Assembly (NCBI GenBank): GCA_039794005.1
Contig: JBAMMA010000017.1
Span: 144,752-208,751, forward strand
DNA: 64,000 bases
DNA from: Thermoplasmata archaeon
GTDB lineage: Archaea > Thermoplasmatota > Thermoplasmata > Thermoplasmatales > ARK-15
Direction of reading: 5' to 3'
The notes beneath the pieces were generated by a model. The model saw nothing but the letters and a program-made list of their open reading frames with translations. It ran no database searches and was not told where the DNA came from. The translations under genes and the position numbers were made by a program. Positions 40,637 through 51,297 of this stretch are shown one piece after another (the first letter of the stretch is position 1; every line of letters begins with the position of its first letter).

Positions 40637-41413
40637 ATTTTTTTCCTTTGCCATTTCATACACTTTTTTTATGGAATTTATACCTTCATCCCCCATGTCA
40701 ACAGTTAAATCATTAACATACTTCAAAGCAAATTTTTTTATTATTTCTCTACTATTATCCCTAGAATATTTCATTGCAAAATCTAATGCTTCTTCAACGT
40801 TATTCAAAGAATATTCAACGCTTTTTTTTATTAAATTGTAAATTTTATTTTTAATTTCATAATTTAAATCATTTCTAATCACATTTATACCTAGGGGTAG
40901 AATTTTGAAGCCAGTTGCCTTTTCCCATTCATCATAAAGTGATGAAAACAATTTTAGATTATATTTTTTGTAAACGTCTTGCCCTTCATGGATTAGAAGG
41001 CCATAATCAGCATGGCCTGCCAGAATTTCATCGATTATTTTATCAAACCTTATTTCAATTTCTCTTTTAAATCTATAAAAAAGCTTATAAATTATATAAG
41101 AGGTTGTTAATCTCCCAGGAATTGCAATTATCTTATTTTCATCGTATTTTTCCATATTTTTTGTTACGATAACAGGGCCATATCCTTTTCCGAAACTTCC
41201 ACCTACCCTCATTATGCTGTAATTTTTTAATAAAAAAGATGCATATACACTTGCAGCGCTTACATCAATATTATTTTCAAACAATTTTTTGTTTAATGTT
41301 TGAATATCATCCACACAAAATTCAATATTCAAATCATGACTTATTTTTCCAGTTTCTAAGGCGTAAAACATGAATGCGTCATCTGCATCTGGGGTATGGC
41401 ATATCTTTATCAT
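40601..41413 (-). CDS. mqnD: MqnD-like 1,4-dihydroxy-6-naphthoate synthase (futalosine menaquinone pathway)
   Basis: HTPDADDAFMFYA, DIQTLN, GYGP, PGRLTT, LLIHEG, LPLG, YVN. Confidence 0.82.
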   Translation of the reverse strand: MIKICHTPDADDAFMFYALETGKISHDLNIEFCVDDIQTLNKKLFENNIDVSAASVYASFLLKNYSIMRVGGSFGKGYGPVIVTKNMEKYDENKIIAIPGRLTTSYIIYKLFYRFKREIEIRFDKIIDEILAGHADYGLLIHEGQDVYKKYNLKLFSSLYDEWEKATGFKILPLGINVIRNDLNYEIKNKIYNLIKKSVEYSLNNVEEALDFAMKYSRDNSREIIKKFALKYVNDLTVDMGDEGINSIKKVYEMAKEKNLISGGRISFFP

Positions 41414-41547
41414 AACGTTTTAAAAAATTGAATATTAAAAAAAATTTTTGTTAAATTTTAAACATTTATTTTGAAATAATATATATGGGAAAGGTATACA
41501 CGTCAATTTTATATATTTGAATATTAAATATCACATAAGGTGAAATT

Positions 41548-42639
41548 ATGTCTCCCAATCTTCAAGTTAAAGACCAGAAAATATTTCCAAATGGAGGAAA
41601 TACTGAATTAAGCGAGGAAGATAAAGATCTTTTAGAAATATTAAAAGGAATGAGAACTGTAATAAAGATAATAGGCTGCGGTGGCGGAGGTTCTAATACT
41701 ATAACAAGATTAATGGAGGAGGGAATTGTCGGTGCTGAGCTAATAGCGGCCAATACTGATGCTCAACATCTTTTAATAACTAAGGCGCAGAAGAAAATAT
41801 TGTTGGGTAAAAGATTGTTAAGGGGTTTTGGTGCTGGGGCTATTCCAAACGTTGGAGAGGAGGCCGCAAAAGAGGCTGAGGAAAATATAAAAGAGGCATT
41901 AAGAGGTTCGGATATCGTTTTCATTACATGTGGCCTGGGTGGTGGTACGGGTACAGGTTCAGCCCCGGTTGTAGCAAAGATAGCAAAAGAACTTGGAGCT
42001 TTGACAATAGCTGTATGTACTTTGCCATTTTCATCTGAAGGAAAATTGAGAATGGAAAATGCCGTTTATGGACTTGATAAATTGAGGTTGCATGCAGATA
42101 CAGTCATTACGATACCAAATGACAAATTGTTGCAAATAGCCCCAAGGATGCCACTTAATTCTGCTTTTAGATTGGCAGACACAGTGTTGATGAGGGCAAT
42201 AAAGGGATTAACTGAAATGATCACAAAACCAGGCATAGTAAATCTTGATTTCAATGATCTTAGAACAATAATGAAGGAGGGAGGAGTGGCTATGATCGGA
42301 GTAGGTGAAAGTTCTTCAGCAGGAGATGCAAAGGCAAGGGAGGCCCTGGAAACTGCAATCAATTCACCTCTGCTTGAGGTCGATATTTCAACAGCCACCG
42401 GCGTGTTGATACATGTTATTGGAGGCCCTGAGATGAGCGTTAGTGAAGCCCAGTTGATTGTCTCAGAGATACATAAAAAGGTAGGAGATAAGGCCAGAAT
42501 CATATGGGGTGCTGCGGTTGATCCAGAATATGAAGGAAAGATAAACGTAATGATCGTTGCAACAGGTGTTAAATCAAATCAAATAATGGGTAAAATTTCT
42601 CCGGAAGATATAAATAAGAGTATTGATAAAATAAAATGA
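41548..42639 (+). CDS. ftsZ: cell division protein FtsZ
   Basis: [30 protein letters not shown]. Confidence 0.97.
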   Translation: MSPNLQVKDQKIFPNGGNTELSEEDKDLLEILKGMRTVIKIIGCGGGGSNTITRLMEEGIVGAELIAANTDAQHLLITKAQKKILLGKRLLRGFGAGAIPNVGEEAAKEAEENIKEALRGSDIVFITCGLGGGTGTGSAPVVAKIAKELGALTIAVCTLPFSSEGKLRMENAVYGLDKLRLHADTVITIPNDKLLQIAPRMPLNSAFRLADTVLMRAIKGLTEMITKPGIVNLDFNDLRTIMKEGGVAMIGVGESSSAGDAKAREALETAINSPLLEVDISTATGVLIHVIGGPEMSVSEAQLIVSEIHKKVGDKARIIWGAAVDPEYEGKINVMIVATGVKSNQIMGKISPEDINKSIDKIK

Positions 42640-42645
42640 TAGTTT

Positions 42646-44097
42646 ATGTTCAACGGTCCTCTTGAAAAAATAGATGATTTCAGGTGGAGGATACCAAAAA
42701 CTTATAAAAAGGGGATGAAGGTAGACGGTATTATTATTGCAAGTGAGCACATGCTCAACGATATTAGAAATGACAATGCCCCAGAACAGGTAGCCAACGT
42801 TGCAACACTTCCAGGTATTATAAGGGCATCATATGCCATGCCAGATATACATTGGGGATATGGTTTCCCAATAGGAGGCGTGGCCGCATTCGATTTTGAT
42901 GAAGGTGTCATATCCCCTGGAGGCGTCGGATATGACATAAATTGCGGTGTAAAGATGGTAAGAACAAATTTAACGATAAAAGATGTGAGACCAAAGATAA
43001 AAGAGCTCGTTGATACAATTTTTGAAGAAGTACCCAGCGGTGTTGGGTCAGAGGGAAAAATCAAGCTGAATAGGAACGACCTGAACGGGGTGTTATCCGA
43101 GGGTGCTAAATGGGCTGTTGAAAATGGATATGGCTGGCAGGAGGATCTTGAGAGAATCGAAGAGTATGGAAGGATTGAGGGGGGCGATCCTAGCAAGATC
43201 TCCGAAAAGGCCAAATCGAGGGGGGCGCCACAGCTCGGCACCCTCGGAGCGGGAAATCATTTTCTTGAGGTTCAGGTCGTAGATAAAATATTTTTGCCGG
43301 ATGTAGCAAAGAGGTTTGGAATTTTCGAAGAGGGTCAGATTACTGTAATGATACATACAGGGTCTCGTGGCCTTGGTCATCAGGTGGCAACAGATTATAT
43401 AGAAATAATGGAATCTGCTGCAAAGAAATATAAGATTGAGCTTGTGGATAAACAGCTAGCCGCTGCACCAATACATTCTAAGGAAGCTCAGGATTATATC
43501 TCAGCAATGGCTGGTGCTGCAAATTTCGGTTTTGTCAACAGGCAGATGATTAACCATTGGACAAGGAGAGCATTTGAAAGGATTTTCAAAACGGATGCCG
43601 AGAGTTTAGATATGCATGTAATATACAGTGTAGCACATAATATTGCAAAGATCGAGGAATATGAAATAGACGGAAAAAGAAGAAAGGTTGTTGTGCATAG
43701 AAAAGGTGCAACCAGGGCATTTCCAGCGAATCATCCATCACTTCCAGATATATACAAGGATATTGGCCAGCCCGTATTGATACCGGGTGATATGGGAAGG
43801 GCATCTTATCTGTTGGTCGGGACACAAAGGGCGATGGAGGAAACGTTTGGATCCACATGTCACGGTGCAGGAAGGGTTTTGTCCAGGAATGAAGCACTTA
43901 GAAGATATAGGGGTGAAGCGGTAAAGAGGGAACTATTAAACAATGGAATATATGTAAAATCTGCAACATCAGAAGTTGCAGCCGAAGAGGCTCCTGGAGC
44001 ATATAAAAACGTTGATGATGTGGTAAATGCCGTAGAAGGGGCAGGAATATCTAGGATAGTAGTAAGGTTGAGGCCAATAGGAGTTATGAAAGGATAA
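42646..44097 (+). CDS. rtcB: RNA-splicing ligase RtcB
   Basis: MPDIHWGYGFPIGG, GYDINCG, GNHFLE, HRKGATRA, HGAGR. Confidence 0.97.
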   Translation: MFNGPLEKIDDFRWRIPKTYKKGMKVDGIIIASEHMLNDIRNDNAPEQVANVATLPGIIRASYAMPDIHWGYGFPIGGVAAFDFDEGVISPGGVGYDINCGVKMVRTNLTIKDVRPKIKELVDTIFEEVPSGVGSEGKIKLNRNDLNGVLSEGAKWAVENGYGWQEDLERIEEYGRIEGGDPSKISEKAKSRGAPQLGTLGAGNHFLEVQVVDKIFLPDVAKRFGIFEEGQITVMIHTGSRGLGHQVATDYIEIMESAAKKYKIELVDKQLAAAPIHSKEAQDYISAMAGAANFGFVNRQMINHWTRRAFERIFKTDAESLDMHVIYSVAHNIAKIEEYEIDGKRRKVVVHRKGATRAFPANHPSLPDIYKDIGQPVLIPGDMGRASYLLVGTQRAMEETFGSTCHGAGRVLSRNEALRRYRGEAVKRELLNNGIYVKSATSEVAAEEAPGAYKNVDDVVNAVEGAGISRIVVRLRPIGVMKG

Positions 44098-44104
44098 ATA
44101 TTTT

Positions 44105-44779
44105 TTAAATTATGGAAAATAATGATAATATATATGATAATATAAATGCCAATGTTATTGAAAATATAAATGGTGTTTCATACTTTTTATATTCCCCATT
44201 TGAATATATGTGTGTAAACGAAATTTTTGCACCATTTTTATAATTTTTATATGATACATAAATGCCAAAAACGATGGCATTTATTATTAAGGCGTAGAAG
44301 AGTATTTCAAGTGAATATGGAAATAATATATTTACGATATTTTTAACGTTCGTCAAATATGTAAATCCGCTTGGATACTTTGGTGAAATTATGGTTATGG
44401 ACATAATTGCCCTCGCATCAGCCTTCCCCTGAATGAGATTTAAATTGAATAGATATTTATAGATCATTATTAAAAACACATCTATGTTAAATGAAATATC
44501 ACTTGAATTTATCATCAGGTATATGTTTATTATTAAAATAATTGCGTCTATTATATATTCATAAAACATTATGTCAAAGTACCATAATATGATTAATATA
44601 TACATCAATGTTAATTCTGGCCAAAAATTTATATAATAAATAATAGATAATATAAATCCTATTGTTGCCAATATTAGCCAAAGTATATTATCTATATATC
44701 TTGTCTTTATATCCTGGTAAGATGCAATAGACAGAATTATCAATGATGAAATAAAAATCAATATCGAATGTAAATCCAT
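44105..44779 (-). CDS. A24 family prepilin/preflagellin peptidase-like membrane protein
   Basis: ASYQDIKTRYI and GKADARA aspartate motifs; C-terminal TPFI. Confidence 0.75.
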   Translation of the reverse strand: MDLHSILIFISSLIILSIASYQDIKTRYIDNILWLILATIGFILSIIYYINFWPELTLMYILIILWYFDIMFYEYIIDAIILIINIYLMINSSDISFNIDVFLIMIYKYLFNLNLIQGKADARAIMSITIISPKYPSGFTYLTNVKNIVNILFPYSLEILFYALIINAIVFGIYVSYKNYKNGAKISFTHIYSNGEYKKYETPFIFSITLAFILSYILSLFSII

Positions 44780-44810
44780 AAAAATGAAAATAAAAATTTA
44801 AAAATAATTT

Positions 44811-45824
44811 TTACTGTTTGTTTCCTTTTGATTTCTTTGAGTTAAGATAGAACAGTGCGCCTCCAATGATTGCAATAATTACAACAATTATGATTATAAT
44901 GTATATCAAAGGCATTGATGTTTGTGTCTGTGTGCTTGTTGAGCTCGGTGATGAATATATTGTTACAGTGTTATTATCTGGTACAGCATATCCGGGCACA
45001 GCTATGTATGCAACCGGATCGGCAATGATCTCAAATGAATATGTTCCTGCCATGTTACTAGTGAAATTGTTCATGAATGGCATACTTTCGAATGAACTGT
45101 TTGATATTGTAAATGTTTGATTGTATAATACCTGAGGTGGGAATGATAATGAGAAAATAGTTTCATTTAAAGTTTTGTTGTATACCCTATTCCAATCTTT
45201 CAGGGGCTTTGAAAATATTGAATAGTTAAAAGCCCAGATCCTTGGGATTTTAAAATTTGCCATTTGTTGTGAATTGATGCCAAATTTTGAACTTATATTT
45301 TCTATCATGGAAGTATTTTCATTCAATCCATTTATGTCATACTGCTCATTTTCATACGTAATGTTAAAGTTCTTGTCAATTTCAATGTCTCTCCAGGATA
45401 AATTTACCACAGAATTGCTCTTGCTCTTGTTGAAAATTCCAGTTAACCAAAGGTCCATTGAAACATTTCTATATCCCACCATCTCTGTATTATTTGCATG
45501 CATTGTATATAGATAATCAATCGTTAGGTTTTCTATTGTAACATTCTTATAATGGCTTTTGAAGAAACCTTCTAGAAATGCAATGTATTTTTGAGATGGT
45601 CCAGAATAATTAACCTTAAAAGAAAATGTCTTGCTGGTATTTGCAAACATTGTTGAAAATATAGAATTCTTTGGATATTTGAATACCATTTCTATTGACG
45701 ATGACATTACCACGTGAGCCAAATTCTTGTTGGTATAAATTCTGACGTTCAATGATCCTGCACTGGCTATTGAGGCAAGTAACAAAAACGATACTAATAA
45801 AACAATTATTATATTATTTTTCAT
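44811..45824 (-). CDS. secreted, C-terminally membrane-anchored surface protein
   Basis: Signal peptide, many N-x-S/T sequons, S/T-rich linker, C-terminal TM with basic tail. Confidence 0.75.
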   Translation of the reverse strand: MKNNIIIVLLVSFLLLASIASAGSLNVRIYTNKNLAHVVMSSSIEMVFKYPKNSIFSTMFANTSKTFSFKVNYSGPSQKYIAFLEGFFKSHYKNVTIENLTIDYLYTMHANNTEMVGYRNVSMDLWLTGIFNKSKSNSVVNLSWRDIEIDKNFNITYENEQYDINGLNENTSMIENISSKFGINSQQMANFKIPRIWAFNYSIFSKPLKDWNRVYNKTLNETIFSLSFPPQVLYNQTFTISNSSFESMPFMNNFTSNMAGTYSFEIIADPVAYIAVPGYAVPDNNTVTIYSSPSSTSTQTQTSMPLIYIIIIIVVIIAIIGGALFYLNSKKSKGNKQ

Positions 45825-45913
45825 AATTAAAAATTAACATTATCAATATTTAAAATTTTTGATACATCTTAAAAGGGAAATTTTTTTAATGACAATTCAT
45901 TTTCTAATTTTAA

Positions 45914-45986
45914 GCCCCGGTGGTGTAGTGGCCTATCATATGGGACTGTCACTCCCATGACCTGGGTTCAAATCCCAGCCGGGGCG
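45914..45986 (+). tRNA. tRNA-Asp(GTC)
   Basis: GCCCCGG/CCGGGGC acceptor stem, TGGGA-CTGTCAC-TCCCA anticodon arm, GGTTCAAATCC T arm; CCA not encoded. Confidence 0.96.
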
Positions 45987-46058
45987 TTTTTGAAAAAATT
46001 GATAATAAGGTTAAATAAATAAAAAAATTTAAATTGGATGATACAAAATAGTATTTAG

Positions 46059-46952
46059 GTGACAAATATGATTAAATTATTGATATCAACATTAATCGCA
46101 GTCATATTGGTAATCATATTTATACCCAATGCTTCATTCGCTAATCAGAATTCCCAGACTGTTGTTTTATTGGTGAATGGATATACAGTAGGGGGAAATG
46201 GAGATTGGGTATATGGCATAAACATATATCAACAATTGGCAGATGCAGGATATCTTGTAGGAATAGTATCGTACTATGGTCCATTTGTGATCAATTTCAG
46301 CAATGGATATCAATACATAATACCAAACTTTGGTGGAACAAATAATACCCCAATAGAGAATATTTCATATCAACTTGCTATGGCAATTGTAAATTTGACA
46401 TATCTATGGGGTAATTTTAATTTGGATATAATAGGCCACAGCATGGGCGGATTAATAACGATGTACATGCTTGAAAATTATGTTCTGCCAGTAAATTTGC
46501 TGAATGTAATAACAATTGGGACGCCTTTCAAAGGATCTAATTTAGCAGTATTTGCACATTTTCTCGGTGAATTGGGTGTGAATATAACTTTCAACGGAGC
46601 AAGCGGTTTTACGAACATGGGATATCAGGATATAGAACTTGAGCCACATTCAGCATTCCTAAATAACCTGAATGAATATCAATCAAATGTTACATCAAAT
46701 TATCCAGATGCTGTAATAATTGCATATGCTGGAAATTATGACCCGTGGTGGGGATACATAGCATTTCTATTTCAGGACAACGATGGTTTGGTATCTGTTC
46801 CATCTGCGCTTGGATTTTATCATGATTATGAATATGTATTTCCAGATCTGCATTCCCCATACTGGGATCAATATACTCTTTGGGGAATATGTTACTTTGA
46901 GGACCAGAATGTTGCAAATACAATATTGAACAATCTGTCTGGAAATTATTAA
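46059..46952 (+). CDS. secreted alpha/beta-hydrolase (paralog of 23588-24460)
   Basis: Signal peptide, GHSMGG, IGTPFKG, NDGLV; shares GTNNTPIENISYQL with the other copy. Confidence 0.85.
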   Translation: MTNMIKLLISTLIAVILVIIFIPNASFANQNSQTVVLLVNGYTVGGNGDWVYGINIYQQLADAGYLVGIVSYYGPFVINFSNGYQYIIPNFGGTNNTPIENISYQLAMAIVNLTYLWGNFNLDIIGHSMGGLITMYMLENYVLPVNLLNVITIGTPFKGSNLAVFAHFLGELGVNITFNGASGFTNMGYQDIELEPHSAFLNNLNEYQSNVTSNYPDAVIIAYAGNYDPWWGYIAFLFQDNDGLVSVPSALGFYHDYEYVFPDLHSPYWDQYTLWGICYFEDQNVANTILNNLSGNY

Positions 46953-46990
46953 AAACACTTAAATTTTTAATTATTTTTATTTGAATAGTT

Positions 46991-47680
46991 ATGAAAGGAT
47001 CAAGTATAAAGTCATTGGATTCATCTGAAATTTATAAGAATCTGTTAAATGAATTGCTGAGAGATTTAGAAAATTTAACAAATTATTCCGTTATTCAGTC
47101 ACAGTACATAAAAAATCTAATAACAAAATATAAGGAGCAGATGATTAATATAGAAAATATTTTGGATAAAAAGATAATGCAAATTTTGCAATTTTCATCA
47201 TCTTATATGATAAATACCGATAAATTCGAAGAAAATAAGGTATACAATATTTTTATAATTTCAGTAATAGGTAAATATTATAAAAATGGATTGTTCATAT
47301 TAAAGGAAAATCCTCAAAACCATTTTTTAATGAAAATGTTAAGTTTAAAAAAAGGCATTAATGTAAAATATGTTTGGCTGACAAATATAAAAAATGCCGG
47401 AAATTTTGATACAGTATCTCCATCAAACATGGTGGAAATATCCAGATTAATTTCCGATTATTTGAAAAATATAAAAGACCAAGAATCGATGATCCTATTA
47501 GAAGGATTGGAAACAATTAAATTCTTTGCAGATAAAAAAGAGGATTGGCTAAGATATCTTACATATATAAAGGATCAAATATCAACATCAAAATCAATTC
47601 TATTAATACCCTTCAAATACTCCGCATTTACACAGGAGGAATTGGGATTGTTGAAGGGAAATTTTATAGAAATTTCTTAA
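46991..47680 (+). CDS. DUF835 domain protein
   Basis: VWLTN...VSP...ILLEGLE...IKDQI...LLIP C-terminal pattern; N-terminal helical region. Confidence 0.65.
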   Translation: MKGSSIKSLDSSEIYKNLLNELLRDLENLTNYSVIQSQYIKNLITKYKEQMINIENILDKKIMQILQFSSSYMINTDKFEENKVYNIFIISVIGKYYKNGLFILKENPQNHFLMKMLSLKKGINVKYVWLTNIKNAGNFDTVSPSNMVEISRLISDYLKNIKDQESMILLEGLETIKFFADKKEDWLRYLTYIKDQISTSKSILLIPFKYSAFTQEELGLLKGNFIEIS

Positions 47681-48195
47681 TCCTTTTTAAAAGGCTTTAT
47701 CAAAATTTTCGTTGGTGTTGGCAATTTATATGATGCTTTCCTTAAACTTTCCCTCGCCTGTTCAATATTTCCTGAATTTACCCTCACAAACATTATTACT
47801 TCTCCAGGTTTTACCCTTGCAGCCGTTCCGACCGGTTTACCAAAGGCAAGGCTCATACCACTCGAAATTCTGTCCGCTCCAGCTCCGGTTGCCATTTTGT
47901 GCTCTCTTAAAACATGGTGTGGATATACTCTGATTTTAAGGTAATAATTATTTGTTCCAACTGCTGTCATCAAATATTTGTTTGCTGAAACCCTTGCCGC
48001 CTCCAGCGCGGTGTGCCTGATCTGGCAGGCTTCATTTGCAACCAATTCCAGCTGATATTCAAAATCGTTTTGACCGCTTAGATTTCCATGCTCAAATTCA
48101 TGTATTCTTGGTTGAGGAATTCCAGCAATATATTCCTTTCTTGTGTACGCCGGTCCAGATATAGGGGTATACATCCTTCCAGGTTTCCTTACCAT
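47677..48195 (-). CDS. rpl10e: 50S ribosomal protein L10e (uL16)
   Basis: MVRKPGRMY, QIRHTALEAARV, YPHHVLREHK, GADRISSGM, AFGKP; start placed at ATG 48195. Confidence 0.96.
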   Translation of the reverse strand: MVRKPGRMYTPISGPAYTRKEYIAGIPQPRIHEFEHGNLSGQNDFEYQLELVANEACQIRHTALEAARVSANKYLMTAVGTNNYYLKIRVYPHHVLREHKMATGAGADRISSGMSLAFGKPVGTAARVKPGEVIMFVRVNSGNIEQARESLRKASYKLPTPTKILIKPFKKD

Positions 48196-48250
48196 ATGAT
48201 CCACCTGCCGTAGTAAAAAAAGATAAAGAAAGAGGTATTTTAATTTTTGT

Positions 48251-48775
48251 CTATGGTTTTTCAGCCGGGACAAAGTATAATGAATTTGCAGTTATGCTCT
48301 CTAATGGTACATCTCTGAATTTTGGCTTTACTTTCATGCCTATCCTTATCTCTTCCGGCTTTATGTTTATCTCTCCAGGTTCATTTATTACCAATGTGCT
48401 TGTTAGCTTTGAATATGAAGTATCGTATCCGACAACTTCAACATTTATTAATATGTAAGGTACTTGATTTAAAAAGCTTTCTCCAGCAAAATATGCTATT
48501 GTATATGTATATATTCTGAATTCATTGTTTGTTAAATCCACCCATTCTTTAATTTCAGCCATGCATTCAGGACAATCTGCCCTAGGTGGTAGGAACAGTA
48601 ATTCGGTTTTTGACCTGTGCTTTTCCTTGTTTCTGCATATCGTTCCAAGCAACTTCTTATTTTTTAAGCCAACAAAATATGGAGAAACTTTACCATATGA
48701 ATGTTTGTAATTTATGTGGTATGGCAAATCAACGATCAGAGGATTTGGATTTAAACTCTCTGCCATTTTTACCAC
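48251..48775 (-). CDS. DUF35 Zn-ribbon/OB-fold protein
   Basis: LLGTIC...PPRADCPEC, YTYT, IRIGMKV; coupled to the thiolase-like gene. Confidence 0.85.
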   Translation of the reverse strand: MVKMAESLNPNPLIVDLPYHINYKHSYGKVSPYFVGLKNKKLLGTICRNKEKHRSKTELLFLPPRADCPECMAEIKEWVDLTNNEFRIYTYTIAYFAGESFLNQVPYILINVEVVGYDTSYSKLTSTLVINEPGEINIKPEEIRIGMKVKPKFRDVPLESITANSLYFVPAEKP

Positions 48776-50133
48776 CCCTTATCCATTATAATGACAGCCA
48801 CATCCGTTCCTGTTCCAGCGTGACTATGAACCAACCCCATCCTTGGATTTTTTACTTGCAAAACCGAATTTCCATAAAATTTCGGTATTTTTTCCTGCAA
48901 TTGCCAGAATACGCTAACTGTCTGGGCAATTCCAGTTGCACCTACTGCATGCATGCATCCAATTAGTCCTCCAGATGGATTTATATGAACCTTTCCAGCC
49001 AATGCAGGATTTATCTCTTTGAATATGCCCTTTTCATCATCAAATGGTGCTGAGTCTATCAACTTTCCACCCTCTCCATATCTTGCAAAACCAAGATCTT
49101 CATAAGTCTGGAGTTCACTCGATGTATAAGCATCATGCAATTCTACGACGTTTATTTCTTCAAGAGGATTTTTGATCCCTGCCATTTGGTAAGCCATTTT
49201 TGCAGCCTTTCTTCCAGCTCTAAATGAATGAAATCCAGGGTATACCATATCTTCATACCATTCTGGTTTTTCATGCGGCAATAAAAGATCTTCCATTAAC
49301 AATCCTCCCTTCCATGTTGGTCTATCGGCTAGCCTCATGGTGTCAGTGCCACTTCCTACGCCTTTTATTAATACCGGTTTTTTTGTTAGCTTTTTAGCCA
49401 AGCTTTCTTCTGCCAATATTGCAACAGCAGCACCATCACTCATCAAGCAACAATCAAGCCTTTTTAAAGGATATGATATTTTTTCAGAATTTAAAACATC
49501 ATTTAACGTGATAAAACCTGATGTTGACCTCGTCGCATATGGGTTTTTGGCGTTTGTTTGAGCAAATGGGTTGTATTGTGCATTGTTTCTATTCTTTACA
49601 GCAACCTTTGCCATCTGTATTTCCGTAATGCCAAATTCATACATGTACCTGGTTGCCATGGCTGCATAATAAGCAGTATAATATCCTCCTACCGGGAAAT
49701 CAAAATCGGTATCGGATGCGAGAGCTATAAATTCATTACCCTTTGCAGTTGAAACTTCAGACATCTTTTCGAACCCTGCAACAACTACTAAGTCAGCATC
49801 ACCAGATTTTACCATTTCGTATCCAGCTTTTATTGCTAACCCACCGGTTGCCCCACCTCCTTCTATTCTTACACCTTGGTTTGGATTTAAACCTAGATAA
49901 TCCCTAATTGTTGCTCCAAATAACAGTTGCCTCTCAAAGTGGTCCGAAAAATATGAGACCACAACACCATCAACCATTCTTTTAACATCCAGTGGATCTA
50001 TCAAGAGATCGTTTTGGAAAAAAGCCATCCTTGCTGCTTCCATCACCAATTCTTCCTGGGTTGAGTCTTTTCTGGCTTTTGCAAATGTAGTGAGACCTCC
50101 AGCAATCATTGCCACTTTTCTATCATTTCCCAT
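48769..50133 (-). CDS. SCP2-type thiolase-superfamily protein (nucleophilic Cys absent)
   Basis: GFEKMS, KNRNNA, SDGAA, ELHDAY, NPSGGL...HAVGATG; IEGGGATGG in place of the usual ExACASG. Confidence 0.88.
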   Translation of the reverse strand: MGNDRKVAMIAGGLTTFAKARKDSTQEELVMEAARMAFFQNDLLIDPLDVKRMVDGVVVSYFSDHFERQLLFGATIRDYLGLNPNQGVRIEGGGATGGLAIKAGYEMVKSGDADLVVVAGFEKMSEVSTAKGNEFIALASDTDFDFPVGGYYTAYYAAMATRYMYEFGITEIQMAKVAVKNRNNAQYNPFAQTNAKNPYATRSTSGFITLNDVLNSEKISYPLKRLDCCLMSDGAAVAILAEESLAKKLTKKPVLIKGVGSGTDTMRLADRPTWKGGLLMEDLLLPHEKPEWYEDMVYPGFHSFRAGRKAAKMAYQMAGIKNPLEEINVVELHDAYTSSELQTYEDLGFARYGEGGKLIDSAPFDDEKGIFKEINPALAGKVHINPSGGLIGCMHAVGATGIAQTVSVFWQLQEKIPKFYGNSVLQVKNPRMGLVHSHAGTGTDVAVIIMDKGW

Positions 50134-50147
50134 AAAAAATTCCCCCT

Positions 50148-51272
50148 TTATTTCAGTAATTCTTTTGATATTATTATTTTTTGTATTTCGTTCGTCCCTT
50201 CACCTATTTCCATTAACTTTGCATCTCTCAACAACCTTTCAATTCCAAAGTCTCTGAAATATCCATATCCTCCATGTATCTGTATTGCAAGCCTAGAACA
50301 GAACATAGCTACCTGGCTTGCCTTGTACTTTGCCATGGATGAATACAATCTAGAATGTATATTCATATCATACAACTCTGCAGCTTTTTCTGCCAAAAGT
50401 TCTGCAGCTCTTATTTCTGTGGCCATTTCTGCTAGGTAAAATTGTATTCCCTCAAAATCTGCAAGCCTTTGGTTGAATGCATATCTTTCTTTCGAATATT
50501 CAATGCTCTTTTGAAGGGCATATTTTGCTATACCTATGGCCACACCAGATATTGCTATTCTTCCACCTATTAATATATCCAAAACCTGTTTAAACCCCTC
50601 TCCAGGTTTTCCAATTACTCTACTTTCATCTACCTCAACGTCATTTAGAAAAATTTGAGCAGTGTCGCTGCCCCTCACTCCCATTTTATCGTTTAATTTG
50701 TTCCTTTCAATGCCATTGACTTCGGCATCCAGAAGAAATGCATTTATGCCCTCTTCACCTTTTGCCATGAGAACGATATTTTTAGATGAAACCCCATGCG
50801 TAATGAATATCTTTGAACCATTCAATATGTATTTGTTTCCATTCTTTTTATATTCCGTTTTCATATTTTTTGCATCGCTGCCAGATGTAGATTCCGTTAA
50901 AGCCCATGCAACAGGTCTATGATATTTTTTAATATTTTCCAAAACTTCTTTTTTCTGTTCCTCGCTTCCAAATTTCATAACATGCTCGAGCCCTAGGCTA
51001 TTGTGTGCCTCGATGCTTAAGCCAACCCCTCCAGAATAAAAAGAAATAATTTTTAGTATCTCCAGCATAGTTTTCATGTCTGCATTTATTCCACCATACT
51101 TTTCCTCAGCTCTTAAAGTTAACAATCCATATTCGTAAAACATGTCAAATAGTTCATCTGGAATATGGTCTTCCAAGTCTATTTTCTTGGCATTGGGCTC
51201 TATATATTTCTTCGAAAATTCATCAATGTTTTTTATTATAATATCCAAATCTTCACCCATTATTCCTCCCAT
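50148..51272 (-). CDS. acyl-CoA dehydrogenase
   Basis: WALTESTSGSD, NGSKIFITHG, KMGVRGSDT, QIHGGYGY, IGEGTNEIQ. Confidence 0.93.
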   Translation of the reverse strand: MGGIMGEDLDIIIKNIDEFSKKYIEPNAKKIDLEDHIPDELFDMFYEYGLLTLRAEEKYGGINADMKTMLEILKIISFYSGGVGLSIEAHNSLGLEHVMKFGSEEQKKEVLENIKKYHRPVAWALTESTSGSDAKNMKTEYKKNGNKYILNGSKIFITHGVSSKNIVLMAKGEEGINAFLLDAEVNGIERNKLNDKMGVRGSDTAQIFLNDVEVDESRVIGKPGEGFKQVLDILIGGRIAISGVAIGIAKYALQKSIEYSKERYAFNQRLADFEGIQFYLAEMATEIRAAELLAEKAAELYDMNIHSRLYSSMAKYKASQVAMFCSRLAIQIHGGYGYFRDFGIERLLRDAKLMEIGEGTNEIQKIIISKELLK

Positions 51273-51297
51273 ATTAAATAAATAAAAAAAGTATATT

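Noticed and set aside
42646-44097. Intein or foreign insert in rtcB (locally higher GC near 43080-43260)
   Set aside because: Normal 483-aa length with continuous RtcB motifs.
45914-47680. tRNA-Asp as the attachment site of an integrated element
   Set aside because: No duplicated tRNA end and no integrase seen; only two accessory-looking genes follow before rpl10e.
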